From assembly GCA_963833425.1 (NCBI GenBank), contig CAWHXP010000007.1:128001-192000 (forward strand): a stretch of 64,000 nt of DNA. The letters run 5' to 3'. The DNA is from an uncultured Methanosarcinaceae archaeon (lineage in GTDB: Archaea > Halobacteriota > Methanosarcinia > Methanosarcinales > Methanosarcinaceae). The notes under the pieces are model-generated. The model worked only from the letters and a program-made list of their open reading frames with translations, ran no database searches and was not told the DNA's origin. Below, one piece after another: positions 11,999-23,929 of the stretch; position 1 is the stretch's first letter; each line of letters begins with the position of its first letter. The translations under genes and the position numbers were made by a program.

Positions 11999-12230
11999 AT
12001 CAACTACATGCTACTGAAGTAACTGGTATGGATGTCCCTGACAAATCTGACCATATTATCCGTATGTGTGGTTGACAGATACTCCAGAGACTTTAAGATA
12101 TATCTATAGTCTAGTATTCTATGTTCGATGTATCTAGTACCATTAAAATCAGCATCAAGTTCAAAACCTGGTAAAAAAATAATCTGATAAACATTATATT
12201 CTGTTTTAGATAGGGTTTTTGCTATAATCT
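11999..12230 (-). mobile_element. tnpB: IS200/IS605 tnpB 3' remnant with right-end hairpin
   Basis: Minus ORF contains GFELDADFNGTRYIEHR, resembling the TnpB RuvC-III 'CGFELDADLNASRNI' motif. It is followed by CCAGTTACTTCAGTAGCATGTAGTTGAT, resembling IS605-group right ends. Confidence 0.6.
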
Positions 12231-12309
12231 GAAGAAAATTACTCCAAACCAATATTAACAGTCTTAAGAAGGCAAGTGCGAAATCCATTCATGCGCTTAT
12301 AAAGTTAAG

Positions 12310-13263
12310 CTCGATGGATGGGAAGCAAGTGCTTCAATGGACGGTCAGCTACCCAAATATGGTAAAAAAGCCAACCGGTAGCGACTACTGCATCCACAAC
12401 CTGCAACAAACTGCATTTGGAGCAATTGGGAGAAAAGCAATAACTTATGACCCTAAATGGAATGAAGGAAATTACTGTGGGAACGAAATACCTGTACAAG
12501 GACTCGCACTCGCACACTTGGTAAACCAAATAGCATACCTGATCAATGCTTCGATGCAAAAGAAGTTTGGAAGAGTTCAGCAGAACGAACAAGTACTATA
12601 CCGTCCACCAATTTTCAGGTCGAATGCTACCTGAATCATCAGGGAGACACCTTTACAAAGCGTTTTGAAGCAAATTAGTATCTCTATACTACAAAATGCG
12701 TGGATTCTTCGACCTTTCAAAGAACGAGTCTCTTATAGAGAGTTTTGCTGGAGTTACCGCGAAATACTTAGTAATCTCCATGACATCAGATTGGCTAATC
12801 CTCCGTATCGATCTCAAGAAATCAGGTCTCAAAATGGACATGATGCCTTCTTGCTTGAAAAGGGGCAGACGAATTACCTAATAAAAAGTTTTCTATCGAA
12901 TATTCTTGTAAAAGACAGCATGAATCAGAATTTCTATTCAGTTTTCATAGAGAGCAATCGAGAAAGTACCAAGACTCATGGTAAAAAAGAGGGTCTACAA
13001 TCAACTGTCATATCAAAAGATGGAAAGCTGGAAGGTATTGTCACCTTCTGGGATATTAAAATGCAGTAGCCTGTAAAATAACTGAATTAAATGAGATAAT
13101 TACGCTTGATGTCAGGTATGTTCATGGAGAAGATAAAATTGAGACTACATTCATAATGGAAAACTACTCAATTTCTGCACTTCCAGTCATCGACTCAGAA
13201 AACCATATAATAGGTATGGTTATAGGTGATAGCGTAAATACTCTTAGCGGAAAGTTCCGTTAA
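12310..13263 (+). pseudogene. metX: Homoserine O-acetyltransferase with C-terminal CBS pair, 5'-deleted and frameshifted
   Basis: SMDGKQVLQWTVSYP (degenerate GSMGGMQ), QQTAFGAIGRKAITYDPKWN, YLVISMTSDWL, GHDAFLLE, then CBS-like GKLEGIVTFWDI and ISALPVID. Confidence 0.85.
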
Positions 13264-13719
13264 TTCAGAAGAAGACTCAAAATTAGAGTTTTTTTGTCCT
13301 CACAATTATTTAAGTACAATACCTAAAAGATTAGATATGTCGTATAAAGCAGAATGATAGAATAGCATTATACGCTAAAAATATTAAATATGTTTAGAAC
13401 CTACTATAAATGACGTTCTCATCTGTTGCTGCATAGCAAAGAGCTATTCCACGAAAATTCCATTCAGTAAATATCCCTTAAAAATATAGTCAATATAATG
13501 AAGAGATAAAATCAAAAGATGTAACTTGTGGATCCAATATTAAATCTCTTTTATACGAGATCATGTCTTTCAAACTTCAATAAATATCCAGGTGAGAACG
13601 CAACTTATTCTCCAAAATATAACCTAAGAATATGCTTTTTTTGATTGATTACAGCCACAAAAAACCTTTTTTAGGATCATTTACTACAGATACCAGTTTT
13701 TATATAATTCAATTAAACT

Positions 13720-13818
13720 TGACATACGAGTTGAACTGAAAAATCTATCGCCTTTTAAAATACGAATTTAAAGCACATTGTTTATTGAGTTTGATCCTGT
13801 ACCTTAAGTGTGTAAACC
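13720..13818. mobile_element. Degenerate MITE-like element
   Basis: GACATACGAGTTGAACTGAAAAATC...AAAATACGAATTTAAA...AAGTGTGTAAACC parallels 1756-1871. Confidence 0.4.
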
Positions 13819-13891
13819 ATAATATTGCCAGCTGATAGTAGTAAATCCTTTTACAAAAAAGCGACCCTAATTCCCCTGTAAAAAGATCTCA

Positions 13892-14221
13892 TCAAACCCT
13901 ACAACCACATTTCTTGTCTTTCAGGATCTGTACCTGTTCCTCATAAGAATTCACAAATTCATTCTGAAAGGCTTTTCCTGTGGCTAGAGAAGGCTCTAAA
14001 GGAGTCTGATGCTTATAACCACGCTCTGCCATCTCATGGACAAGGGATTCGTGTCGAATGTAAAGCGCTTTCAGCCTTGCTTTCCATCGTAATGTTTCTG
14101 GATGATGGGTGTATGCCTTCTTATTGTTAGTTATTATGGACCATATAGCATGTAATTCTCTGTGTTCTCCCAGAAGATGCTGTCTGCATAACTTCTCAGG
14201 GGATATATCCCAAATTCTCAT
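13892..14221 (-). CDS. Pyrimidine dimer DNA glycosylase / T4 endonuclease V-like protein
   Basis: MRIWDISPEKLCRQHLLGEHRELHAIW...HPETLRW...RHESLVHEMAERGYKH; intact. Confidence 0.85.
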   Translation of the reverse strand: MRIWDISPEKLCRQHLLGEHRELHAIWSIITNNKKAYTHHPETLRWKARLKALYIRHESLVHEMAERGYKHQTPLEPSLATGKAFQNEFVNSYEEQVQILKDKKCGCRV

Positions 14222-14689
14222 AACACTAATCTGAATACATTCAGAAAGAGCTTTCGGAAATACGGTTTACTCATCCTAAAAACTTAGTTTAATATTTTGC
14301 ATCTGATTCTTTATTCTGAGATTTTTTTATCGACTTAATGGAAAATATTTCTATGAATAGTAGAGTATTTTCTGTTCTCTGGCATTATTTTGATTTTACT
14401 AATTGCTGCATCGCGTTCTCCACAGATAGACACTAAAATGTAATCTATTTTTTTCAATATAAAAAGAGCTTCAAAATCAATCTACAACACTACACAATGA
14501 TTTCGGTTATAAAAACCAAAAGATGCAAAGGAAATTTTGTTAAAATTGAGCGAAGAGATATCAAGATATCTAGTTCCCGATGAGCAATAGGTCCTAGTTT
14601 TTCGTTGTGAATCATAAGCACAATAAAAGTAGATACGAAAATTTTGGTGCTCCTCATTAAATTAGTTGGCGTAATAAAAATTTTCTAGT

Positions 14690-15200
14690 TTAGCAGTTCT
14701 CTTAACATCCATTTGATTTTATTTTTTTTCCTTTCTTTTGCAGGAATATTCTTTTCCAAAGATCTATTTTCCTTTTTTGTTAATCCCATGTGATCTTGGT
14801 AAAAGTTAAAGTGAGTACAATAAAATCTCATTTGATTGTAAAACCATTTAACTTTCTTTGAGAATTCTATTGTTTTCTTTAAATTCTATCGCTTTAATGT
14901 CCAAAAATTATATACTGTCTTTCTAGTAAACTCTTTGATATTCTCCTTGATCTATATTTTTACCAAAAATTATTTTTCCCCCCCAACTTTTCGGAGCTTC
15001 GTTTCATGTTTATTTTTGATAACCAAGCATATTTCGAGTATTTACAGATATTGGTACTGTTTATTGGGTCTTTTTCTCTTTCCATTCCTGGGAAATACTA
15101 TCCATTCCCTATACTTTTTCAAAAAAGCTTCAGCATAGAATTTCTATCCGTCTCTGATGAAAAGAGATTTTAATCTGAAAGATGCTTATCTGCAACCCCT
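14690..15200 (-). mobile_element. IS1-family transposase remnant
   Basis: Stitched minus frames read FIRDG..FYAEA..KYREWIVFPRNGKRKRP..KYA.VIKNK..IIFGKNIDQ..SLLERQ..KTIEFSK..QMRFYCTHFNF. Heavily broken. Confidence 0.65.
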
Positions 15201-16550
15201 ATTAATTCATCTACTACACATCGTTTGTTAACAAATCTATTTAGAGCTTATACAATTGGAATACAAAACCAATAGCATTAAGCATACAACTTCCCATATT
15301 TAAATTTTAACTGTGACACTCCAATACCTATTTTGCAGCATAAGTGCTTAAATTCACAAATTGAATATATCAAGTTCTTTCTTTAAGTCTCATTATGTTT
15401 TTGTAATTCTCAGAACTTACATGATTGATACCGGTATAAACCTTGATATATTCCCATTGTAGCTTTTAAGCTTGCAAAACAAGTTTATTGATCTTGATTT
15501 TGGTGTAATAGAGAAGTGTGATTATTAATAAGTGGAAAATGAATAAAACTATCAGAAAACAATTTAAAAAAATTAACTTGCTGAAATTTGCCTATTGAGT
15601 TTGCTGAAGGGATCCAAATTAATTGAAGCGTGGAGATTCAGATATATGCATAAGCTGTTTTACTTTGGTAAGACCAAGTTTCGGTATGGGAAACTATCTC
15701 AGGGAAAGTACCAAATAATTACTCTCTGCAGTAAAAGGGAGTGTGATATTAAAAAAGCATATGTATGGATTCGTTTTGAAGCTCACAGCAATAAAAAAAT
15801 AGCGAAAAACCAAATAAAGTTTATGACTTTATCGAAACTTGTAGTTCTGCACCTTACATAGAATTATTCAGCCAGCGTAATCGAGATGGACGGACCATAT
15901 GAGTGCCTGATATCCAAGAATGATTTCAAAACTAAATGTGAGTTCAGTCGTGGTCTATCTGACATAGTTGATATTGAAATTCGAAACAGAATATAATAAA
16001 ACGTATCAAAGTAGTGAAAATTCTGTAAAATTGATATGGAAGGAATTGACTTATTGCATACAACAATTATAAGGTAGGATAGCCACATCGTAAGCAGTGA
16101 CATTCTACATTATTTTGTGAAAATGAGAAAACACTCACTTTTACTCAAAAACTGTCACGAGATAGTAGAGAATATAATCGAAATCATTGATCCTGCAATT
16201 CTACTCAAAGATGTAATGTCTAACGTGGGAAAATTACTCAAGTTTAACTTGTCAGTTTTCTCTATGACTAGGGCAAACTACCTGAAAATATAAAAATAAG
16301 AATAATCGAATCGAAACAATAATTATTTTTTAAAAATCTATGCCATAAAAAAATATGTACAGTCCCCTAACATAAATACACAAAAATTAATTATTTTTTG
16401 AAGTACTGGCATTTATACAACTTGTGCTATATTCTCGCTAAACGCTGATATCTCAAATCAAAAGTAATGGCAGAGTAGGAAATAACAAATTTTGTAGTTA
16501 CATCCACGATGATAGCTAATTTATTATTAAAAGTAAAAGAGTTGAAATAC

Positions 16551-17555
16551 ATGATCAATAAACATAAATTGTATTCTGCAACCTTTGCTTCAATAGGTAT
16601 GATTTTAATGCTGGTAGGTATCGCAGGAGCAGCACCATTTGCATATATTACCAACTATGGCAGCAACAATGTGTCTATAATTGACACCGCAACCAACACT
16701 GTTACAGCGACATTAGAGGGAGTGCCTGATCCTTTTGGAGTTGCAGTTAACCCAACTGGAACAACAGTGTATGTGACAAACCCTAGCAGCAATAATATCT
16801 CTGTAATTGATACAACCAATAATACTATTACAGCCACTATGAATGGGTCAACCATTCCTTATGGAATTGCAGTTACTCCGGATGGATCAAAAATATATGT
16901 GACAAACTCTGATTTCAACAATGTCTCTGTAATTGACCCAGTAAACAATAATATTACAGCCACTGTGACTGTAGGAAGCGGTCCGAACGGAGTTGGAGTT
17001 AGCCAAGATGGAACAAAGGTGTATGTAACTAACTTTGTGAGCAACAATGTCTCTGTAATTGATACGAGCACAAATAAAGTTATAGCCACGGTGAATGTCG
17101 AAAATAATCCTTTAGGAATTGCAGCCACCCCAGATGGAACAAAGGTATACGTGGTGAACTATGGCAGCTACAACATTTCTGTAATTGACACAGCATCGAA
17201 CACTGTTGTTAATAATGTGAGTGTCGGAAATAATGCCAATGTGGATGTCGGGTCTAATCCTTGGGCAGTTGCAATCACCCCGGATGGGAAAAAGGCATAT
17301 GTGTCGAGCATTAATCCGTATGCAACCGGCAGCAGCACAGTTTATGTAATTAATACAGCCACAAACACAGTTACAAACACAATGAGTGGATTTAATTTTC
17401 CTTTAGGAGTTGCAGTCACCCAAGATGGAAAAAAAGTTTATGTTGTGAACTATTTACGCAATACTATATCTGTAATTGACACGGCAACTGACACTGTTAC
17501 AGACACGGTACCTGTCGGTAACCAGCCCATAGCCTTCGGGAAATTTATCGGGTAA
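16551..17555 (+). CDS. Secreted YVTN-type beta-propeller (YncE-like) surface protein, C-terminally truncated
   Basis: Signal peptide ending ...LVGIAGAAPFAYITN, then about seven YVTN/VSVIDT repeats. The stop comes just before decayed Ig-like repeats. Confidence 0.9.
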   Translation: MINKHKLYSATFASIGMILMLVGIAGAAPFAYITNYGSNNVSIIDTATNTVTATLEGVPDPFGVAVNPTGTTVYVTNPSSNNISVIDTTNNTITATMNGSTIPYGIAVTPDGSKIYVTNSDFNNVSVIDPVNNNITATVTVGSGPNGVGVSQDGTKVYVTNFVSNNVSVIDTSTNKVIATVNVENNPLGIAATPDGTKVYVVNYGSYNISVIDTASNTVVNNVSVGNNANVDVGSNPWAVAITPDGKKAYVSSINPYATGSSTVYVINTATNTVTNTMSGFNFPLGVAVTQDGKKVYVVNYLRNTISVIDTATDTVTDTVPVGNQPIAFGKFIG

Positions 17556-18020
17556 TATCCGAACGATTTCTGCAATTAAATGCAGTACCTTCTGCTAATA
17601 TGATATGACACACCATTGAGCAACGTTCAGTTGAACGCAACTGCTTCGGTAGGTGGAACTTTGATATATATTTCAGCAGGTATTGTACTGAATGCAACCC
17701 AGCATCGTGCATTGAATACTACCTTCATGCCAAATGATACTACAGACCATACTCTAGGATCAACGATTGCTCCAATAAATAATATTGTCGACTCCTACAA
17801 TTACTTGAGTAATCCTGATGGCATATCTTATAGAATAGTGTTGAGTAGTACTCAGCTGATGCTTATGCTCCAGTAAATGGAACCTTTGTCTACACTCCTG
17901 CATGAGAAAATGTATTAGACAGAGGTACGCACACAATGGATACTATTTTCACACCAACTGATACTATAAACAACGCTAACGCGTCGGTGAGTGTCTTGAT
18001 CGATTTTATCTATAAATATC
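17556..18020 (+). pseudogene. Decayed MBG/Ig-like stalk repeats of the YVTN protein
   Basis: Two broken units: QLNATASVGGTLIY..AGIVLNA..LNTTFMPNDT and SNPDGISYRIVLSSTQL..NGTFVYTP..GTHTMDTIFTPTDT. Confidence 0.65.
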
Positions 18021-18596
18021 CAAAACCTGGCAGAGATTTTGGACCCAATTATGCCGGTTATTTCTAAATTTTTTTATGGTATTGAAAAATTGAGTTTCTG
18101 ATTCAATTTATTCATATTTTTAATTTTGTTCCAAATACGATATATTTATTTTTTTGAGTTATATATTTAGCTGCACACAAGTATGAACAATAGATAAATG
18201 AATGAAAATATACATAAGCAAGCGGTTCACATTCAAAACTTGATCCAGAAAATATCAGATTAAACACTAAGATTCTACCGGAGAAAACGGAACCAAAAAA
18301 GACATGATGGAAATTAGGAAATTTACGCAATGTCTGACAGGTGTGAAGCCCCCATACGTAATAATATTAGAACACTTGTGGAAAATATTATAGTAAAATG
18401 CATAGAAACATCTATTAAAAGAAGTTGAAGGTAGTTTTGAAATAAGCCCAAAATGTAATTCGCTAAGTCATTTATATTTGCTCATCCTTTAAAGTAAAAA
18501 TGTAGGTTTCTTCTAATTTATGTGTTTCAATCAAAAAAGCAAAGATAGGTAGATTTCAGTACATTACATAATATGCAATATTAAGGAGAAGTGTTG

Positions 18597-19514
18597 ATGG
18601 ACTTTCGATCTAATTTATTTGGCAAAGATGAAAATCATGAATTTTTAAACGCGTGTCGATTAGGGCAAATAGAAAAAGTAGAGAGATTTCTAAAAAGCAA
18701 CAAGATTGATATTAATTCACAAGAAGAATATGGTAAAACTGCTTTGATTTTTGCGACAGATATGGAGTACAAGGATATTGCAGAGTTGCTTATTAATCAC
18801 GGTGCTGATCTCAACATTCAAGAAGAACATGGCGAAACAGCTTTGATTTCTGCGGTAAAGATAGACCGCGTTGATATTGCAGAATTGCTTATTAAAAGTG
18901 GTGCTGATCTTAATATTCAAGATGAAAATGGAGAGACTGCTTTGAGGATTACGGTAAAAACAGGGAATAAACATATTGTAGAGGTGCTTATTGAAGGTGC
19001 TGCCGATCCTAATATTCAAAACAAAAATGGTGACACTGCTTTGATTTGTGCGGCAGATAGGGGACGTAAGGACATTGTAGAGTTGCTCGTTAAAGGTGGT
19101 GCCGACCTTAATATTCAAGCCAAAAATCATAACACTGCTTTGAATGCTGCAGCAAAACTAAAACGTAAAGATGTTGTAGAGGTGCTTATTAAAAGTGGTG
19201 CTGATCTTAATGTTCAAGATAAAAAAGGTAAAACTGCTTTGATTTGTGCTACAGACATAGAGTCGAAGGATATTGTAGAGTTGCTTATTAAAGGTGGTGC
19301 CAATCTCGATATTCAAGACGAATATGGTAAAACCGCTTTGATGTATTCGGCACAAACTGGGTATAAGGACGTTGTTGAGTTGCTTATCAAAGGCGGCGCT
19401 AATCTCGATATTCAAGACGAAAATCACAACACTGCTTTGGAGATTGCAGCAAAAATGGAATTTAAGGACATTGTAGAGTTGCTTATTAACGACGGTGGCA
19501 GTTTCATATCATAA
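18597..19514 (+). CDS. Ankyrin repeat protein (N-cap + 8 x 33-aa repeats)
   Basis: Repeating DLNIQDxxGxTALxxAxxxxxKDIVELLIKxGA units; RBS AAGGAGA; intact. Confidence 0.95.
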   Translation: MDFRSNLFGKDENHEFLNACRLGQIEKVERFLKSNKIDINSQEEYGKTALIFATDMEYKDIAELLINHGADLNIQEEHGETALISAVKIDRVDIAELLIKSGADLNIQDENGETALRITVKTGNKHIVEVLIEGAADPNIQNKNGDTALICAADRGRKDIVELLVKGGADLNIQAKNHNTALNAAAKLKRKDVVEVLIKSGADLNVQDKKGKTALICATDIESKDIVELLIKGGANLDIQDEYGKTALMYSAQTGYKDVVELLIKGGANLDIQDENHNTALEIAAKMEFKDIVELLINDGGSFIS

Positions 19515-19537
19515 TTTTATTTGAAAAGCACACAGAT

Positions 19538-19984
19538 AGCTAAAATTTCCATTTCTGATGTTTATTTGGCACTTGAGAAAACGCAGAAACAAGACCATAA
19601 GCTTCGCTATTTCTCATACAAATGTCTTCACAAGCGTCCCGTATATACAGATGGACCCAGGCTAGTTGTTTATATATACTTGAAAAAATGTAGAACCCAA
19701 AGCTTCAGCTATACGAGATCTCACACTACTGTTTCCATCATTGGTCAATCTAATTAAATCACTCCATGCCTGTTGTTTATCGAGCACTTGAGAAAAACAG
19801 AAACAAGAGCTCAGCTACATGATATCTCACATCGCTTTTTTCATCATTGGTTAGTATATGTAAGTCGTTCCATGTCTGTTGTTTAGCTGGCAGGGGAAAA
19901 CTTTTTCTAATTCTCTAACGCTAGAAGACGTTCTGCAGGATCGTCGCTGAGACAGTGATTTTTAATTTTCTCTTGATCTATCAA
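19538..19984 (-). pseudogene. HEAT-repeat protein remnant
   Basis: Minus strand reads LIDQEKIKNHCLSDDPAERLLALE, then 36-aa units KQQTWNDLHILTNDEKSDVRYHVAE / KQQAWSDLIRLTNDGNSSVRSRIAEALGS. Visible as ~108-bp DNA repeats, frameshifted and truncated. Confidence 0.8.
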
Positions 19985-20274
19985 TTGTCAAACACTTAAA
20001 TTTCAATAAAAATATATGATTCATCGTTTTTACTGATACATAGGTATATATATCAAAAACGGTGGGTTTTTTTCAGTTGCACAAAAAACCAGAAAATTCT
20101 TTTAAAAAATCTTGTAGACAATATATACTTTTTATTAAAAACAACGCAATAACTACTAACCAAAAAGTTGATATTTTTATCACTTGAAGGTCTCACTTGA
20201 AAGGTAGTTTTGAATACTTTTTTAATACACAACTCTATTAATTTATTAAAGAAAGCAGTGAAAGGAATAATTAA

Positions 20275-21200
20275 ATGAAAAAAAAACCAAACTAGCTTTA
20301 CTGCAATGATGGTATCCTACATGCGTGCCTATCATGCCATGCATAATACCCCTAAAATTTTTGATGATTTTCTGGCCTATCATTTGATATCTGATGAGAA
20401 AAAAGCATTAATAGAAAAAATTTTGATTGAACACTATTTGACTTGTAATAAAGGGTTAGATCATCTTGATCATGCTGGATTGCTCTTCGATCAGGTTATT
20501 ACTTCGACATTCTTAATGCAAACAATTAATGGCGTTATCAGCAGTGCACAATATTCGGAAAATACCTTAGAAGAGACTGTCAAACAGGGAATTAATCAGT
20601 ATATAATCCTTGGAGCAGGATGGATACCTTTGCTTTTCGGCGACCAGATTTGATGGAGAGATTGGAAGTATTTGAGGTTGACCATCCAGTCACACAAAAA
20701 TTTAAGCTTCATCGCCTTGCTGAGTTGGGATGGCAACTTCCAGCGAAACTGCACTTTATTCCTATAGATTTCACTAAGGAAAGTCTAAAAACAGTACTTT
20801 TGAGCTCATCATTTTATGACCCAACGGTCAAAAGCTTCTTTAGCTGGCTTGGTGTCACATCTTACTTAACCCAAGAAGAGAGATATTTGCAACACTGCGT
20901 TTCATCGCTGAAATTGCCCCTGCGGGCAGCATAGTTGTTTTCAATTATGCAGATACCAATGCATTTATCCCTGAAAAATTATCTCCACAAATGCAAGAAT
21001 TTTTGAAGCTTTTGCGAAAGATAGGTGAACCGATGAAAATGGGAGGCTTCGATCCTTCAAGTCTGACTGAAGATCTCGAAAGTTTAGGATTCCGTCTTCA
21101 TGAGAACGTGTTTCCAGCCGACATCGAAAGATGCTACTTGCAGGAACGCACGGATGGATGTTCTGAGTATGGGTACTTTGCATGTGCAGTTGTCAAATAA
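20275..21200 (+). pseudogene. Class I SAM-dependent methyltransferase (LCM/ML2640-like)
   Basis: Pieces RAYHA..IFDDFLAY, QYIILGAG|DTFAFRRP..VFEVDHP, FFSWLGVTSYL and IGEPMKMG are split over several frames. Confidence 0.85.
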
Positions 21201-21390
21201 TTAGGCATACAATGGTTCCATGTTCTATTGGTCAATATTTTATGGCTGTGTACCGATAGTTCTTCAAAATAAAGCCAACAAAATTATTTCGAGCTACTGT
21301 TCAGATAGGTGCTTATATTGATTACTGAGGCATTTTAATGGAAATTTGAATTAAAACTTTTTAAATATAATTAATGAAAATGTATTTATT

Positions 21391-22813
21391 ATGGAAAAAA
21401 ATGAAGTGCTTAAAAAAGCATATTTTGAGGAGATAAAAGGAGTTAATATATTACACATTAAAGGCAAACCATATGAAATGGGTTATCAGAATGGTTATTT
21501 GCTAGCGGATAAGATATACTTGATGATTAATAGGACTCTTTTAGCTACTACTGCGTATGTTGTTTCACAGACTGGTTTAAATCTGGAGAAGGCGGAGGAA
21601 ATATTATGGGTGGGGCAAAAGGCGGCTGAGTCTTTTTTACATAAGAATTCAAAGAAGAAATGATAGGGATTGTTGATGGAGTGAAAGAAGCGGGAGTAAA
21701 TATAACTCTAGGGGATATTTTGCTTTGGAACACTAATTATGATCAATGGTGTATTTATTGCCATCCTAGTTATTGGCAAGGTGATAATCAAGCTAAAAAT
21801 TATGGAAAGTTTCAACCATTGAAATAATCAAACCATCTAATGGAGGTTGTAGTAGTTTTAGTGCGTGGAGTGAATGGGCTGGTGGTGATGGAAAACTAAT
21901 ATTTGGTAAAAACTGGGATAATTTTAATATGCCTGAGCAATTGCCAAATCGAATGTTGATCATAGCAAGCCCCGAGGATGGAATTGGTAATGCTTTTTTA
22001 ACTTATCCGGGAATGATCAGGCTGGATGATGGTATCAATGTGGATGGCATAGCGATGATGACTCATTTGAACTCTATGCGACATGAAACCATGAAAGGCT
22101 GCAGCATAGCTATATTTACTCGTTTATATTGACTTACACGAGAACATTGGATGACGCAGTTGAGATTTTCAAAAAATATCACCGTTGTGCAGGTATTGCT
22201 TACCATGTAGTTGATGCCAAAGCAAAAAAAGCAGTCGTAGTAGAAATATCTTCTAAGAAATTCTGCTGCTGCTACCCGATACAGAATGTAGAAGCACTAT
22301 GGCAAACGAATCATTCCAACTGCTATCCGGGTTGGATGGGTTATTCTGGTTACAATATGGTAGCTGATCAAGTTCTGGTAAACCAGCTTAAGAATATCTC
22401 AACTATCGAAAACTGACAGAACAGTCTAAAGGACTCCTATAACGTTTATGTCCAAGCTCCTAGTCGCTTTGAACGCTATCAACAGTTGATTCATGAGTAT
22501 TACGGCGATATAACGGTTAATAAACGCAATAAAAATATTAAGTGACCGCTATGATCCTTATACACACCTTAATCGTGACAAACTTTTCCCTTCATGCACA
22601 AATAATATCCTGTGTATTATTTGTGCATTGTATCCTGATTTTACTTCTAAAGCGAAAGAACCATTGGGAACATTTAAAGCGCACATAGCTAATATGTGGA
22701 GTCTGGTGGCTTATCCGGAAACCGGAGACTTTTGGCTTGCAATCAACTGCTTTCCTGCACAGTATGGTGATTATATACACTTTAATTTAAGAAAATTATT
22801 GCAACTTTCGTGA
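21391..22813 (+). pseudogene. C45-family autoproteolytic acyltransferase/peptidase
   Basis: HIKGKPYEMGYQNG, nucleophile GGCSSFSAW..IFGKN.D, DGINVDGIAM and WQTNH motifs; at least five breaks. Confidence 0.8.
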
Positions 22814-23567
22814 GAAACGCATAATTTATTACCCTACTCTAAGATAGAAAAGATGGATGGACAGTAAACTTAAGAAAAAAATAATACGTTATAGAAAATG
22901 TGAATAAGTCCCAAAATGAGTTAAAGAAGAGATTGCGACTTCTCTAGCTATTTCTTATAGCTTTTTGTGGAATATTGTTCATAGGAAAACGCAATATGGA
23001 CAAAATTGAATTAATTTTTAGAGACCTACAGGATAATCGTATTCTACAAAAACCATTGACTACAGATACAAAAAAATTTATGATTATTCTATCAAGCTAA
23101 TTATTGGGGGTAAATTTATGTTTAAGGAGCACAATTGATGGCTCATCTGAGCAGTTAGCAAAAATTCTATAAATTCCAATTGACTCTATATCTTGTTCGT
23201 TGCCACAGAAAAAAAAATTATCGCGTTTACTGACAATTTATTTAATTTTATACTACAATAACGGATCAAATATTTTGGTATTTATTGATCTCTGGTTTCA
23301 AAAAATTGTCTATAAAGCTTATGTATGTAATTTGTTGAAACTAGACGTTTTCTACTTCCAGTATTATTTTTAATTAATGATACAAAAGAAATAGCTTCTT
23401 AATAAAAATTTTTTCTATAAAATATTTTTTAACCTTGAATTATAATTTAACTTTCATTATGTTTTATTATTTACAAAAACATAATGAAATTTAGCATCTT
23501 GGTTCCTCTAAAAAGCAGTGCAGACTAACTCTATAAAATGTACTGATCGTGTTCCTGAGTTATTATA

Positions 23568-23674
23568 GAGGATTACGATAAACTCCGTAATTTCGTTATA
23601 TTTATATAAATAATCTATAAATGACTTGTGAAAAATGAATGATTCATGAAAATAGGGTGCTTATTGAAATCCTC
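23568..23674. mobile_element. Non-autonomous MITE with IS5-type ends
   Basis: Left GAGGATTACGATAAACTCC and right GTGCTTATTGAAATCCTC match the TIR of the IS5 at 24980-26086. Left flank TATA. Confidence 0.6.
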
Positions 23675-23929
23675 ATCCATCTATATTTTTAAAGCTATAT
23701 TCTAGGGTAGTGTCTTTATTACATACAATTTTTGTGCAAAAATTTTTTAATTTCTTCAGTTCCATACGACATATGAAAGCATCATTGAGCTTTAACGCTA
23801 AGAGCTCATAGAACTTATTGGATTCATAGAGTATATCAATCGCCTACCGAAAGCAGGATAATCTAAAAACGAGATTTAATTATAAATAGAAGCTATAAAT
23901 ATTTGAATTAATTTCTAAAGAGGGATTGA

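Noticed and set aside
18597..19514. Diversity-generating retroelement target
   Set aside because: No reverse transcriptase and no template/variable repeat pair with adenine-specific differences.
19540..19890. ~108-bp repeats as a non-coding array
   Set aside because: They translate on the minus strand to HEAT repeats.
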